NCBI GenBank assembly: GCA_964057225.1
Contig: OZ059896.1
Coordinates: forward strand, 18,662,001 to 18,726,000
Origin: Auanema rhodensis
Lineage: Eukaryota > Animalia > Nematoda
Length of the DNA stretch: 64,000 nt
Reading direction: 5' to 3'
Of the stretch, positions 45,415 to 60,400 are shown one piece after another. The position numbers and the translations under genes are program-made. Below the pieces are notes generated by a model. It was not told the DNA's origin. It was given only the letters and a program-made list of their open reading frames with translations, and searched no databases. Every line of letters starts with the position of its first letter. Positions within the stretch are counted from its first letter, which is position 1.

Positions 45415-48400
45415 TTATTTTTTGTTTTAAAAAAATCATTACCTGATAGTTTACATGTTTTATTCTGTATTATCTCATACAATTGAAAAAAATACTAGCA
45501 GTAAAACAAATGCAGTGATGATATTCTCGAGAATGTTCCTATTCAGAGTGAGAAAATATCAAAAATTTCAAGACGGTTTTCTCATAAGGTACTAAAATAA
45601 AAGTATTATTTCATATTATTATTTTTTCAGACCTAGAATCGATAAAAAAATCAACTACATTTTAGTTAGTTACTGGGTTGGGTTATACAAATTGTCTAAT
45701 TTGAATGCGATTTGAATGGCCTTGTGGCCTAATGGATAAGGCGTCGGACTTCGGATCCGAAGATTGTAGGTTCGAGTCCTGCCAGGGTCGTTATTTTTTG
45801 TTTCAAAACAATCATTACTTGATAGTTTACATGTTTTATTCTATATTATCTCATACAATTGAAAAAAAAATCTAGCAGTAAAACAAATGCAGTGTTAATA
45901 TTCTTGAGAATGTTCCTATTCAGAGTGAGAAAGTATCAAAAATTCCCGAAGGTTTTCTCATAAGGTACTAAAATAAAAATATTATTTCATATTGTTATTT
46001 TTTCAGACCTAGAATCGATAAAAAATATCAACTACATTTTAGTGAGTTACTGGGTTGGGTTATACAAATTGTCTAATTAGAATGCGATTTACATGGCCTT
46101 GTGGCCTAATGGATAAGGCGTCGGACTTCGGATCCGAAGATTGTAGGTTCGTGTCCTGCGAGGGTCGTTATTTTTTGTTTCAAAACAATCATTACCTGAT
46201 AGTTTACATGTTTTATTCTATATTATCTCATACAATTGAAAAAAATACTAGCAGTAAAACAAATGCAGTGATAATATTCTCGAAAATGTTCCTATTCAGA
46301 GTGAGAAAATATCTACAATTTCCCGAAGGTTTTCTCATAAGGTACTAAAATAAAAGTATTATTTCATATTATTATTTTTTCAGACCTAGAATCGATAAAA
46401 AAAAATCAACTACATTTTAGTGAGTTACTGGGTTGGGTTATACAAATTGTCTAATTAGAATGCGATTTACATGGCCTTGTGGCCTAATGGATAAGGCGTC
46501 GGACTTCGGATCCGAAGATTGTAGGTTCGTGTCCTGCGAGGGTCGTTATTTTTTGTTTCAAAACAATCATTACCTGATAGTTTACATGTTCTATTCTATA
46601 TTATCTCATACAATTGAAAAAAATACTAGCAGTAAAACAAATGCAGTGTTAATATTCTTGAGAATGTTCCTATTCAGAGTGAGAAAATATCTAAAATTTC
46701 AAGAAGGTTTTCTCATAAGATACTAAAATAAAAGTATTATTTCATAATATCATTTTCTCAGACCTAGAATCGATGAAAAAAATCAACTGCATTTTAGTGA
46801 GTTACTGGGTTGGGTTATACAAATTGTCTAATTTGAATGCGATTTACATGGCCTTGTGGCCTAATGGATAAGGCGTCGGACTTCGGATCCGAAGATTGTA
46901 GGTTCGAGTCCTGCCAGGGTCGTTATTTTTTGTTTCAAAAAAATCATTACCTGATAGTTTACATGTTTTATTCTGTATTATCTCATACAATTGAAAAAAA
47001 TACTAGCAGTAAAACAAATGTAGTGATAATATTCTCGAGAATGTTCCTATTCAGAGTGAGAAAATATCAAAAATTTCCCGAAGGTTTTCTCATAAGGTAC
47101 TAAAATAAAAGTATTACTTCATATTATTTTTTTTTCAGACCTAGAATCGATAAAAAAAATCAACTACATTTTAGTGAGAAACTGGGTTGGGTTATACAAA
47201 TTGTCTAATTTGAATGCGATTTAGATGACCTTGTGGCCTAATGGATAAGGCGTCGGACTTCGGATCCGAAGATTGTAGGTTCGAGTCCTACCAGGGTCGT
47301 TATTTTTTGTTTTAAAAAAATCATTACCTGATAGTTTACATGTTTTATTCTGTATTATCTCATACAATTGAAAAAAATACTAGCAGTAAAACAAATGCAG
47401 TGATGATATTCTCGAGAATGTTCCTATTCAGAGTGAGAAAATATCAAAAATTTCAAGACGGTTTTCTCATAAGGTACTAAAATAAAAGTATTATTTCATA
47501 TTATTATTTTTTCAGACCTAGAATCGATAAAAAAATCAACTACATTTTAGTTAGTTACTGGGTTGGGTTATACAAATTGTCTAATTTGAATGCGATTTGA
47601 ATGGCCTTGTGGCCTAATGGATAAGGCGTCGGACTTCGGATCCGAAGATTGTAGGTTCGAGTCCTGCCAGGGTCGTTATTTTTTGTTTCAAAAAAATCAT
47701 TACCTGATAGTTTACATGTTTTATTCTGTATTATCTCATACAATTAAAAAAATACTAGCAGTAAAACAAATGCAGTGATAATATTCTCGAAAATGTTCCT
47801 ATTCAGAGTGAGAAAGTATCAAAAATTTCCCGAAGGTTTTCTCATAAGCTACTAAAAGAAAAGTATTATTTCGTATTATTATTTTTTCAGACCTAGAATC
47901 GATAAAAAAAAATCAACTACATTTTAGTGAGTTACTGGGTTGGGGTATACAAATTGTCTAATTTGAATGCGATTTAAATGGCCTTGTGGCCTAATGGATA
48001 AGGCGTCGGACTTCGGATCCGAAGATTGTAGGTTCGAGTCCTGCCAGGGTCGTTATTTCTTGTTTCAAAACAATCATTACCTGATAGTTTACATGTTTTA
48101 TTCTATATTATCTCATACAATTGAAAAAAATACTAGCAATAAAACAAATGCAGTGATAATATTCTCGAAAATGTTCCTGTTCAGAGTGAGAAAATATCTA
48201 CAATTTCCCGAAGGTTTTCTCATAAGGTACTAAAATAAAAGTATTATTTCATATTATTATTTTTTCAGACCTAGAATCGATAAAAAAAATTAACTACATT
48301 TTAGTGAATTACTAGGTTGGGTTATACAAATTGTCTAATTAGAATGCGATTTAGATGGCCTTGTGGTCTAATGGATAAGGCGTCGGACTTCGGATCCGAA

Positions 48401-51400
48401 GATTGTAGGTTCGAGTCCTGCCAGGGTCGTTATTTTTTGTTTTAAAAAAATCATTACCTGATAGTTTACATTTTTTATTCTGTATTATCTCATACAATTG
48501 AAAAAAATACTAGCAGTAAAACAAATGCAGTGATAATATTCTCGAAAATGTTCCTATTCAGAGTGAGAAAGTATCAAAAATTGCCCGAAGGTTTTCTCAT
48601 AAGGTACTAAAATAAAAGTATTATTTCATATTATTATTTTTTCAGACCTAGAATCGATAAAAAAAATTAACTACATTTTAGTGAGTTACTGGGTTGGGTT
48701 ATACAAATTGTCTAATTAGAATGCGATTTACATGGCCTTGTGGTCTAATGGATAAGGCGTCGGACTTCGGATCCGAATGTTGTAGGTTCGAGTCCTGCCA
48801 GGGTTGTTATTTTTTGTTTCAAAAAAATCATTACCTGATAGTTTACATGTTTTATGCTGTATTATCTCATACAATTGAAAAAAATACTAGCAGTAAAACA
48901 AATGCAGTGATGATATTCTCGAGAATGTTCCTATTCAGAGTGAGAAAATATCAAAAATTTCAAGACGGTTTTCTCATAAGGTACTAAAATAAAAGTATTA
49001 TTTCATATTATTATTTTTTCAGACCTAGAATCGATAAAAAAAATCAACTACATTTTAGTGAGTTACTAGGTTGGGTTATACAAATTGTCTAATTTGAATG
49101 CGATTTAAATGGCCTTGTGGCCTAATGGATAAGGCGTCGGACTTCGGATCCGAAGATTGTAGGTTCGAGTCCTGCCAGGGTCGTTATTTTTTGTTTCAAA
49201 ACAATCATTACCTGATAGTTTACATGTTTTATTCTATATTATCTCATACAATTGAAAAAAATACTAGCAGTAAAACAAATGCAGTGTTAATATTCTCGAG
49301 AATGTTCCTATTCAGAGTGAGAAAATATCGAAAATTTCCCGAAGCTTTTCTCATAAGGTACTAAAATAAAAGTATTATTCCATATTATTATTTTTTCAGA
49401 CCTAGAATCGATAAAAAAAATTAACTACATTTTAGTGAGTTACTGGGTTGGGTTATACAAATTGTCTAATTAGAATGCGATTTAGATGGCCTTGTGGTCT
49501 AATGGATAAGGCGTCGGACTTCGGATCCGAAGATTTTAGGTTCGAGTCCTGTCAGGGTCGTTATTTTTTGTTTTAAAAAAATCATTACCTGATAGTTTAC
49601 ATTTTTTATTCTGTATTATCTCATACAATTGAAAAAAATACTAGCAGTAAAACAAATGCAGTGATAATATTCTCGAGAATGTTCCTATTCAGAGTGAGAA
49701 AATATCGAAAATTTCCCGAAGGTTTTCTCATAAGGTACTAAAATAAAAGTATTATTTCATATTATTATTTTTTCAGACCTAGAATCGATAAAAAAAATTA
49801 ACTACATTTTAGTGAGTTACTGGGTTGGGTTATACAAATTGTCTAATTAGAATGCGATTTACATGGCCTTGTGGTCTAATGGATAAGGCGTCGGACTTCG
49901 GATCCGAATGTTGTAGGTTCGAGTCCTGCCAGGGTTGTTATTTTTTGTTTCAAAAAAATCATTACCTGATAGTTTACATGTTTTATGCTGTATTATCTCA
50001 TACAATTGAAAAAAATACTAGCAGTAAAACAAATGCAGTGATGATATTCTCGAGAATGTTCCTATTCAGAGTGAGAAAATATCAAAAATTTCAAGACGGT
50101 TTTCTCATAAGGTACTAAACTAAAAGTATTATTTCATATTATTATTTTTTCAGACCTAGAATCGATAAAAAAAAATCAACTACATTTTAGTGAGTTACTA
50201 GGTTGGGTTATACAAATTGTCTAATTTGAATGCGATTTAAATGGCCTTGTGGCCTAATGGATAAGGCGTCGGACTTCGGATCCGAAGATTGTAGGTTCGA
50301 GTCCTGCCAGGGTCGTTATTTTTTGTTTCAAAACAATCATTACCTGATAGTTTACATGTTTTATTCTATATTATCTCATACAATTGAAAAAAATACTAGC
50401 AGTAAAACAAATGCAGTGTTAATATTCTCGAGAATGTTCCTATTCAGAGTGAGAAAATATCGAAAATTTCCCGAAGCTTTTCTCATAAGGTACTAAAATA
50501 AAAGTATTATTTCATATTATTATTTTTTCAGACCTAGAATCGATAAAAAAAATTAACTACATTTTAGTGAGTTACTGGGTTGGGTTATACAAATTGTCTA
50601 ATTAGAATGCGATTTACATGGCCTTGTGGCCTAATGGATAAGGCGTCGGACTTCGGATCCGAAGATTTTAGGTTCGAGTCCTGTCAGGGTCGTTATTTTT
50701 TGTTTTAAAAAAATCATTACCTGATAGTTTACATTTTTTATTCTGTATTATCTCATACAATTGAAAAAAATACTAGCAGTAAAACAAATGCAGTGATAAT
50801 ATTCTCGAAAATGTTCCTATTCAGAGTGAGAAAGTATCAAAAATTGCCCGAAGGTTTTCTCATAAGGTACTAAAAGAAAAGTATTATTTCATATTATTAT
50901 TTTTTCAGACCTAGAATCGATAAAAAAAAATCAACTACATTTTAGTGAGTTACTAGGTTGGGTTATACAAATTGTCTAATTTGAATGCGATTTAAATGGC
51001 CTTGTGGCCTAATGGATAAGGCGTCGGACTTCGGATCCGAAGATTGTAGGTTCGAGTCCTGCCAGGGTCGTTATTTTTTGTTTCAAAACAATCATTACCT
51101 GATAGTTTACATGTTTTATTCTATATTATCTCATACAATTGAAAAAAATACTAGCAGTAAAACAAATGCAGTGTTAATATTCTCGAGAATGTTCCTATTC
51201 AGAGTGAGAAAATATCGAAAATTTCCCGAAGGTTTTCTCATAAGGTACTAAAATAAAAGTATTATTTCATATTATTATTTTTTCAGACCTAGAATCGATA
51301 AAAAAAATTAACTACATTTTAGTGAGTTACTGGGTTGGGTTATACAAATTGTCTAATTAGAATGCGATTTACATGGCCTTGTGGTCTAATGGATAAGGCG

Positions 51401-54400
51401 TCGGACTTCGGATCCGAATGTTGTAGGTTCGACTCCTGCCAGGGTTGTTATTTTTTGTTTCAAAAAAATCATTACCTGATAGTTTACATGTTTTATGCTG
51501 TATTATCTCATACAATTGAAAAAAATACTAGCAGTAAAACAAATGCAGTGATAATATTCTCGAAAATGTTCCTATTCAGAGTGAGAAAGTATCAAAAATT
51601 GCCCGAAGGTTTTCTCATAAGGTACTAAAATAAAAGTATTATTTCATATTATTATTTTTTCAGACCTAGAATCGATAAAAAAAATTAACTACATTTTAGT
51701 GAGTTACTGGGTTGGGTTATACAAATTGTCTAATTAGAATGCGATTTACATGGCCTTGTGGTCTAATGGATAAGGCGTCGGACTTCGGATCCGAATGTTG
51801 TAGGTTCGAGTCCTGCCAGGGTTGTTATTTTTTGTTTCAAAAAAATCATTACCTGATAGTTTACATGCTTTATGCTGTATTATCTCATACAATTGAAAAA
51901 AATACTAGCAGTAAAACAAATGCAGTGATGATATTCTCGAGAATGTTCCTATTCAGAGTGAGAAAATATCAAAAATTTCAAGACGGTTTTCTCATAAGGT
52001 ACTAAAATAAAAGTATTATTTCATATTATTATTTTTTCAGACCTAGAATCGATAAAAAAAATCAACTACATTTTAGTGAGTTACTAGGTTGGGTTATACA
52101 AATTGTCTAATTTGAATGCGATTTAAATGGCCTTGTGGCCTAATGGATAAGGCGTCGGACTTCGGATCCGAAGATTGTAGGTTCGAGTCCTGCCAGGGTC
52201 GTTATTTTTTGTTTCAAAACAATCATTACCTGATAGTTTACATGTTTTATTCTATATTATCTCATACAATTGAAAAAAATACTAGCAGTAAAACAAATGC
52301 AGTGTTAATATTCTCGAGAATGTTCCTATTCAGAGTGAGAAAATATCGAAAATTTCCCGAAGCTTTTCTCATAAGGTACTAAAATAAAAGTATTATTTCA
52401 TATTATTATTTTTTCAGACCTAGAATCGATAAAAAAAATTAACTACATTTTAGTGAGTTACTGGGTTGGGTTATACAAATTGTCTAATTAGAATGCGATT
52501 TACATGGCCTTGTGGCCTAATGGATAAGGCGTCGGACTTCGGATCCGAAGATTTTAGGTTCGAGTCCTGTCAGGGTCGTTATTTTTTGTTTTAAAAAAAT
52601 CATTACCTGATAGTTTACATTTTTTATTCTGTATTATCTCATACAATTGAAAAAAATACTAGCAGTAAAACAAATGCAGTGATAATATTCTCGAAAATGT
52701 TCCTATTCAGAGTGAGAAAGTATCAAAAATTGCCCGAAGGTTTTCTCATAAGGTACTAAAAGAAAAGTATTATTTCATATTATTATTTTTTCAGACCTAG
52801 AATCGATAAAAAAAAATCAACTACATTTTAGTGAGTTACTAGGTTGGGTTATACAAATTGTCTAATTTGAATGCGATTTAAATGGCCTTGTAGCCTAATG
52901 GATAAGGCGTCGGACTTCGGATCCGAAGATTGTAGGTTCGAGTCCTGCCAGGGTCGTTATTTTTTGTTTCAAAACAATCATTACCTGATAGTTTACATGT
53001 TTTATTCTATATTATCTCATACAATTGAAAAAAATACTAGCAGTAAAACAAATGCAGTGTTAATATTCTCGAGAATGTTCCTATTCAGAGTGAGAAAATA
53101 TCGAAAATTTCCCGAAGGTTTTCTCATAAGGTACTAAAATAAAAGTATTATTTCATATTATTATTTTTTCAGACCTAGAATCGATAAAAAAAATTAACTA
53201 CATTTTAGTGAGTTACTGGGTTGGGTTATACAAATTGTCTAATTAGAATGCGATTTACATGGCCTTGTGGTCTAATGGATAAGGCGTCGGACTTCGGATC
53301 CGAATGTTGTAGGTTCGAGTCCTGCCAGGGTTGTTATTTTTTGTTTCAAAAAAATCATTACCTGATAGTTTACATGTTTTATGCTGTATTATCTCATACA
53401 ATTGAAAAAAATACTAGCAGTAAAACAAATGCAGTGATGATATTCTCGAGAATGTTCCTATTCAGAGTGAGAAAATATCAAAAATTTCAAGACGGTTTTC
53501 TCATAAGGTACTAAAATAAAAGTATTATTTCATATTATTATTTTTTCAGACCTAGAATCGATAAAAAAAATCAACTACATTTTAGTGAGTTACTAGGTTG
53601 GGTTATACAAATTGTCTAATTTGAATGCGATTTAAATGGCCTTGTGGCCTAATGGATAAGGCGTCGGATTTCGGATCCGAAGATTGTAGGTTCGAGTCCT
53701 GCCAGGGTCGTTATTTTTTGTTTCAAAACAATCATTACCTGATAGTTTACATGTTTTATTCTATATTATCTCATACAATTGAAAAAAATACTAGCAGTAA
53801 AACAAATGCAGTGTTAATATTCTCGAGAATGTTCCTAATCAGAGTGAGAAAATATCTACAATTTCCCGAAGGTTTTCTCATAAGGTACTAAAATAAAAGT
53901 ATTATTTCATATTATTATTTTTTCAGACCTAGAATCGATAAAAAAAATTAACTACATTTTAGTGAGTTACTGGGTTGGGTTATACAAATTGTCTAATTAG
54001 AATGCGATTTACATGGCCTTGTGGCCTAATGGATAAGGCGTCGGACTTCGGATCCGAAGATTGTAGGTTCGAGTCCTGCCAGGGTCGTTATTTTTTGTTT
54101 CAAAACAATCATTACCTGATAGTTTACATGTTTTATTCTATATTATCTCATACAATTAAAAAGAATACTAGCAGTAAAACAAATGCAGTGTTAATATTCT
54201 CGAAAATGTTCCTATTCAAAGTGAGAAAGTATCAAAAATTTCCCGAAGGTTTTCTCATAAGGTACTAAAATAAAAGTATTATTTCATATTATTATTTTTT
54301 CAGACCTAGAATCGATAAAAAAAATTAACTACATTTTAGTGAGTTACTGGGTTGGGTTATACAAATTGTCTAATTAGAATGCGATTTACATGGCCTTGTG

Positions 54401-57400
54401 GCCTAATGGATAAGGCGTCGGACTTCGGATCCGAAGATTGTAGGTTCGAGTCCTGCCAGGGTCGTTATTTTTTGTTTCAAAACAATCATTACCTGATAGT
54501 TTACATGTTTTATTCTATATTATCTCATACAATTGAAAAGAATACTAGCAGTAAAACAAATGCAGTGTTAATATTCTCGAAAATGTTCCTATTCAAAGTG
54601 AGAAAGTATCAAAAATTTCCCGAAGGTTTTCTCATAAGGTACTAAAAGAAAAGTATTATTTCATATTATTATTTTTTCAGACCTAGAATCGATAAAAAAA
54701 AATCAACTACATTTTAGTGAGTTACTAGGTTGGGTTATACAAATTGTCTAATTAGAATGCGATTTAGATGGCCTTGTGGTCTAATGGATAAGGCGTCGGA
54801 CTTCGGATCCGAAGATTTTAGGTTCGAGTCCTGCCAGGGTCGTTATTTTTTGTTTTAAAAAAATCATTACCTGATAGTTTACATTTTTTATTCTGTATTA
54901 TCTCATACAATTGAAAAAAATACTAGCAGTAAAACAAATGCAGTAATAATATTCTCGAAAATGTTCCTATTCAGAGTGAGAAAGTATCAAAAATTTCCCG
55001 AAGGTTTTCTCATAAGGTACTAAAAGAAAAGTATTATTTCATATTATTTTTTTTTCAGACCTAGAATCGATAAAAAAAATCAACTACATTTTAGTGAGTT
55101 ACTAGGTTGGGTTATACAAATTGTCTAATTAGAATGCGATTTAGATGGCCTTGTGGTCTAATGGATAAGGCGTCGGACTTCGGATCCGAAGATTTTAGGT
55201 TCGAGTCCTGCCAGGGTCGTTATTTTTTGTTTTAAAAAAATCATTACCTGATAGTTTACATTTTTTATTCTGTATTATCTCATACAATTGAAAAAAATAC
55301 TAGCAGTAAAACAAATGTAGTGATAATATTCTCGAAAATGTTCCTATTCAGAGTGAGAAAGTATCAAAAATTGCCCGAAGGTTTTCTCATAAGGTACTAA
55401 AAGAAAAGTATTATTTCATATCATTATTTTTTCAGACCTAGAATCGATAAAAAAAAATCAACTACATTTTAGTGAGTTACTAGGTTGGGTTATACAAATT
55501 GTCTAATTTGAATGCGATTTAAATGGCCTTGTGGCCTAATGGATAAGGCGTCGGACTTCGGATCCGAAGATTTTAGGTTCGAGTCCTGCCAGGGTCGTTA
55601 TTTTTTGTTTTAAAAAAATCATTACCTGATAGTTTACATTTTTTATTCTGTATTATCTCATACAATTGAAAAAAATACTAGCAGTAAAACAAATGTAGTG
55701 ATAATATTCTCGAAAATGTTCCTATTCAGAGTGAGAAAGTATCAAAAATTGCCCGAAGGTTTTCTCATAAGGTACTAAAAGAAAAGTATTATTTCATATC
55801 ATTATTTTTTCAGACCTAGAATCGATAAAAAAAAATCAACTACATTTTAGTGAGTTACTAGGTTGGGTTATACAAATTGTCTAATTTGAATGCGATTTAA
55901 ATGGCCTTGTGGCCTAATGGATAAGGCGTCGGACTTCGGATCCGAAGATTTTAGGTTCGAGTCCTGCCAGGGTCGTTATTTTTTGTTTTAAAAAAATCAT
56001 TACCTGATAGTTTACATTTTTTATTCTGTATTATCTCATACAATTGAAAAAAATACTAGCAGTAAAACAAATGCAGTGATAATATTCTCGAAAATGTTCC
56101 TATTCAGAGTGAGAAAGTATCAAAAATTGCCCGAAGGTTTTCTCATAAGGTACTAAAATAAAAGTATTATTTCATATTATTATTTTTTCAGACCTAGAAT
56201 CGATAAAAAAAATTAACTACATTTTAGTGAGTTACTGGGTTGGGTTATACAAATTGTCTAATTAGAATGCGATTTACATGGCCTTGTGGTCTAATGGATA
56301 AGGCGTCGGACTTCGGATCCGAATGTTGTAGGTTCGAGTCCTGCCAGGGTTGTTATTTTTTGTTTCAAAAAAATCATTACCTGATAGTTTACATGTTTTA
56401 TGCTGTATTATCTCATACAATTGAAAAAAATACTAGCAGTAAAACAAATGCAGTGATGATATTCTCGAGAATGTTCCTATTCAGAGTGAGAAAATATCAA
56501 AAATTTCAAGACGGTTTTCTCATAAGGTACTAAAATAAAAGTATTATTTCATATTATTATTTTTTCAGACCTAGAATCGATAAAAAAAATCAACTACATT
56601 TTAGTGAGTTACTAGGTTGGGTTATACAAATTGTCTAATTTGAATGCGATTTAAATGGCCTTGTGGCCTAATGGATAAGGCGTCGGACTTCGGATCCGAA
56701 GATTGTAGGTTCGAGTCCTGCCAGGGTCGTTATTTTTTGTTTCAAAACAATCATTACCTGATAGTTTACATGTTTTATTCTATATTATCTCATACAATTG
56801 AAAAAAATACTAGCAGTAAAACAAATGCAGTGTTAATATTCTCGAGAATGTTCCTATTCAGAGTGAGAAAATATCGAAAATTTCCCGAAGCTTTTCTCAT
56901 AAGGTACTAAAATAAAAGTATTATTTCATATTATTATTTTTTCAGACCTAGAATCGATAAAAAAAATTAACTACATTTTAGTGAGTTACTGGGTTGGGTT
57001 ATACAAATTGTCTAATTAGAATGCGATTTAGATGGCCTTGTGGTCTAATGGATAAGGCGTCGGACTTCGGATCCGAAGATTTTAGGTTCGAGTCCTGTCA
57101 GGGTCGTTATTTTTTGTTTTAAAAAAATCATTACCTGATAGTTTACATTTTTTATTCTGTATTATCTCATACAATTGAAAAAAATACTAGCAGTAAAACA
57201 AATGCAGTGTTAATATTCTCGAGAATGTTCCTATTCAGAGTGAGAAAATATCGAAAATTTCCCGAAGGTTTTCTCATAAGGTACTAAAATAAAAGTATTA
57301 TTTCATATTATTATTTTTTCAGACCTAGAATCGATAAAAAAAATTAACTACATTTTAGTGAGTTACTGGGTTGGGTTATACAAATTGTCTAATTAGAATG

Positions 57401-60400
57401 CGATTTACATGGCCTTGTGGTCTAATGGATAAGGCGTCGGACTTCGGATCCGAATGTTGTAGGTTCGAGTCCTGCCAGGGTTGTTATTTTTTGTTTCAAA
57501 AAAATCATTACCTGATAGTTTACATGTTTTATGCTGTATTATCTCATACAATTGAAAAAAATACTAGCAGTAAAACAAATGCAGTGATGATATTCTCGAG
57601 AATGTTCCTATTCAGAGTGAGAAAATATCAAAAATTTCAAGACGGTTTTCTCATAAGGTACTAAAATAAAAGTATTATTTCATATTATTATTTTTTCAGA
57701 CCTAGAATCGATAAAAAAAATCAACTACATTTTAGTGAGTTACTAGGTTGGGTTATACAAATTGTCTAATTTGAATGCGATTTAAATGGCCTTGTGGCCT
57801 AATGGATAAGGCGTCGGACTTCGGATCCGAAGATTGTAGGTTCGAGTCCTGCCAGGGTCGTTATTTTTTGTTTCAAAACAATCATTACCTGATAGTTTAC
57901 ATGTTTTATTCTATATTATCTCATACAATTGAAAAAAATACTAGCAGTAAAACAAATGCAGTGTTAATATTCTCGAGAATGTTCCTATTCAGAGTGAGAA
58001 AATATCGAAAATTTCCCGAAGCTTTTCTCATAAGGTACTAAAATAAAAGTATTATTTCATATTATTATTTTTTCAGACCTAGAATCGATAAAAAAAATTA
58101 ACTACATTTTAGTGAGTTACTGGGTTGGGTTATACAAATTGTCTAATTAGAATGCGATTTAGATGGCCTTGTGGTCTAATGGATAAGGCGTCGGACTTCG
58201 GATCCGAAGATTTTAGGTTCGAGTCCTGTCAGGGTCGTTATTTTTTGTTTTAAAAAAATCATTACCTGATAGTTTACATTTTTTATTCTGTATTATCTCA
58301 TACAATTGAAAAAAATACTAGCAGTAAAACAAATGCAGTGTTAATATTCTCGAGAATGTTCCTATTCAGAGTGAGAAAATATCGAAAATTTCCCGAAGGT
58401 TTTCTCATAAGGTACTAAAATAAAAGTATTATTTCATATTATTATTTTTTCAGACCTAGAATCGATAAAAAAAATTAACTACATTTTAGTGAGTTACTGG
58501 GTTGGGTTATACAAATTGTCTAATTAGAATGCGATTTACATGGCCTTGTGGTCTAATGGATAAGGCGTCGGACTTCGGATCCGAATGTTGTAGGTTCGAG
58601 TCCTGCCAGGGTTGTTATTTTTTGTTTCAAAAAAATCATTACCTGATAGTTTACATGTTTTATGCTGTATTATCTCATACAATTGAAAAAAATACTAGCA
58701 GTAAAACAAATGCAGTGATGATATTCTCGAGAATGTTCCTATTCAGAGTGAGAAAATATCAAAAATTTCAAGACGGTTTTCTCATAAGGTACTAAAATAA
58801 AAGTATTATTTCATATTATTATTTTTTCAGACCTAGAATCGATAAAAAAAATCAACTACATTTTAGTGAGTTACTAGGTTGGGTTATACAAATTGTCTAA
58901 TTTGAATGCGATTTAAATGGCCTTGTGGCCTAATGGATAAGGCGTCGGACTTCGGATCCGAAGATTGTAGGTTCGAGTCCTGCCAGGGTCGTTATTTTTT
59001 GTTTCAAAACAATCATTACCTGATAGTTTACATGTTTTATTCTATATTATCTCATACAATTGAAAAAAATACTAGCAGTAAAACAAATGCAGTGTTAATA
59101 TTCTCGAGAATGTTCCTATTCAGAGTGAGAAAATATCGAAAATTTCCCGAAGCTTTTCTCATAAGGTACTAAAATAAAAGTATTATTTCATATTATTATT
59201 TTTTCAGACCTAGAATCGATAAAAAAAATTAACTACATTTTAGTGAGTTACTGGGTTGGGTTATACAAATTGTCTAATTAGAATGCGATTTACATGGCCT
59301 TGTGGCCTAATGGATAAGGCGTCGGACTTCGGATCCGAAGATTTTAGGTTCGAGTCCTGTCAGGGTCGTTATTTTTTGTTTTAAAAAAATCATTACCTGA
59401 TAGTTTACATTTTTTATTCTGTATTATCTCATACAATTGAAAAAAATACTAGCAGTAAAACAAATGCAGTGATAATATTCTCGAAAATGTTCCTATTCAG
59501 AGTGAGAAAGTATCAAAAATTGCCCGAAGGTTTTCTCATAAGGTACTAAAAGAAAAGTATTATTTCATATTATTATTTTTTCAGACCTAGAATCGATAAA
59601 AAAAAATCAACTACATTTTAGTGAGTTACTAGGTTGGGTTATACAAATTGCCTAATTTGAATGCGATTTAAATGGCCTTGTGGCCTAATGGATAAGGCGT
59701 CGGACTTCGGATCCGAAGATTGTAGGTTCGAGTCCTGCCAGGGTCGTTATTTTTTGTTTCAAAACAATCATTACCTGATAGTTTACATGTTTTATTCTAT
59801 ATTATCTCATACAATTGAAAAAAATACTAGCAGTAAAACAAATGCAGTGTTAATATTCTCGAGAATGTTCCTATTCAGAGTGAGAAAATATCGAAAATTT
59901 CCCGAAGCTTTTCTCATAAGGTACTAAAATAAAAGTATTATTTCATATTATTATTTTTTCAGACCTAGAATCGATAAAAAAAATTAACTACATTTTAGTG
60001 AGTTACTGGGTTGGGTTATACAAATTGTCTAATTAGAATGCGATTTAGATGGCCTTGTGGTCTAATGGATAAGGCGTCGGACTTCGGATCCGAAGATTTT
60101 AGGTTCGAGTCCTGTCAGGGTCGTTATTTTTTGTTTTAAAAAAATCATTACCTGATAGTTTACATTTTTTATTCTGTATTATCTCATACAATTGAAAAAA
60201 ATACTAGCAGTAAAACAAATGCAGTGTTAATATTCTCGAGAATGTTCCTATTCAGAGTGAGAAAATATCGAAAATTTCCCGAAGGTTTTCTCATAAGGTA
60301 CTAAAATAAAAGTATTATTTCATATTATTATTTTTTCAGACCTAGAATCGATAAAAAAAATTAACTACATTTTAGTGAGTTACTGGGTTGGGTTATACAA

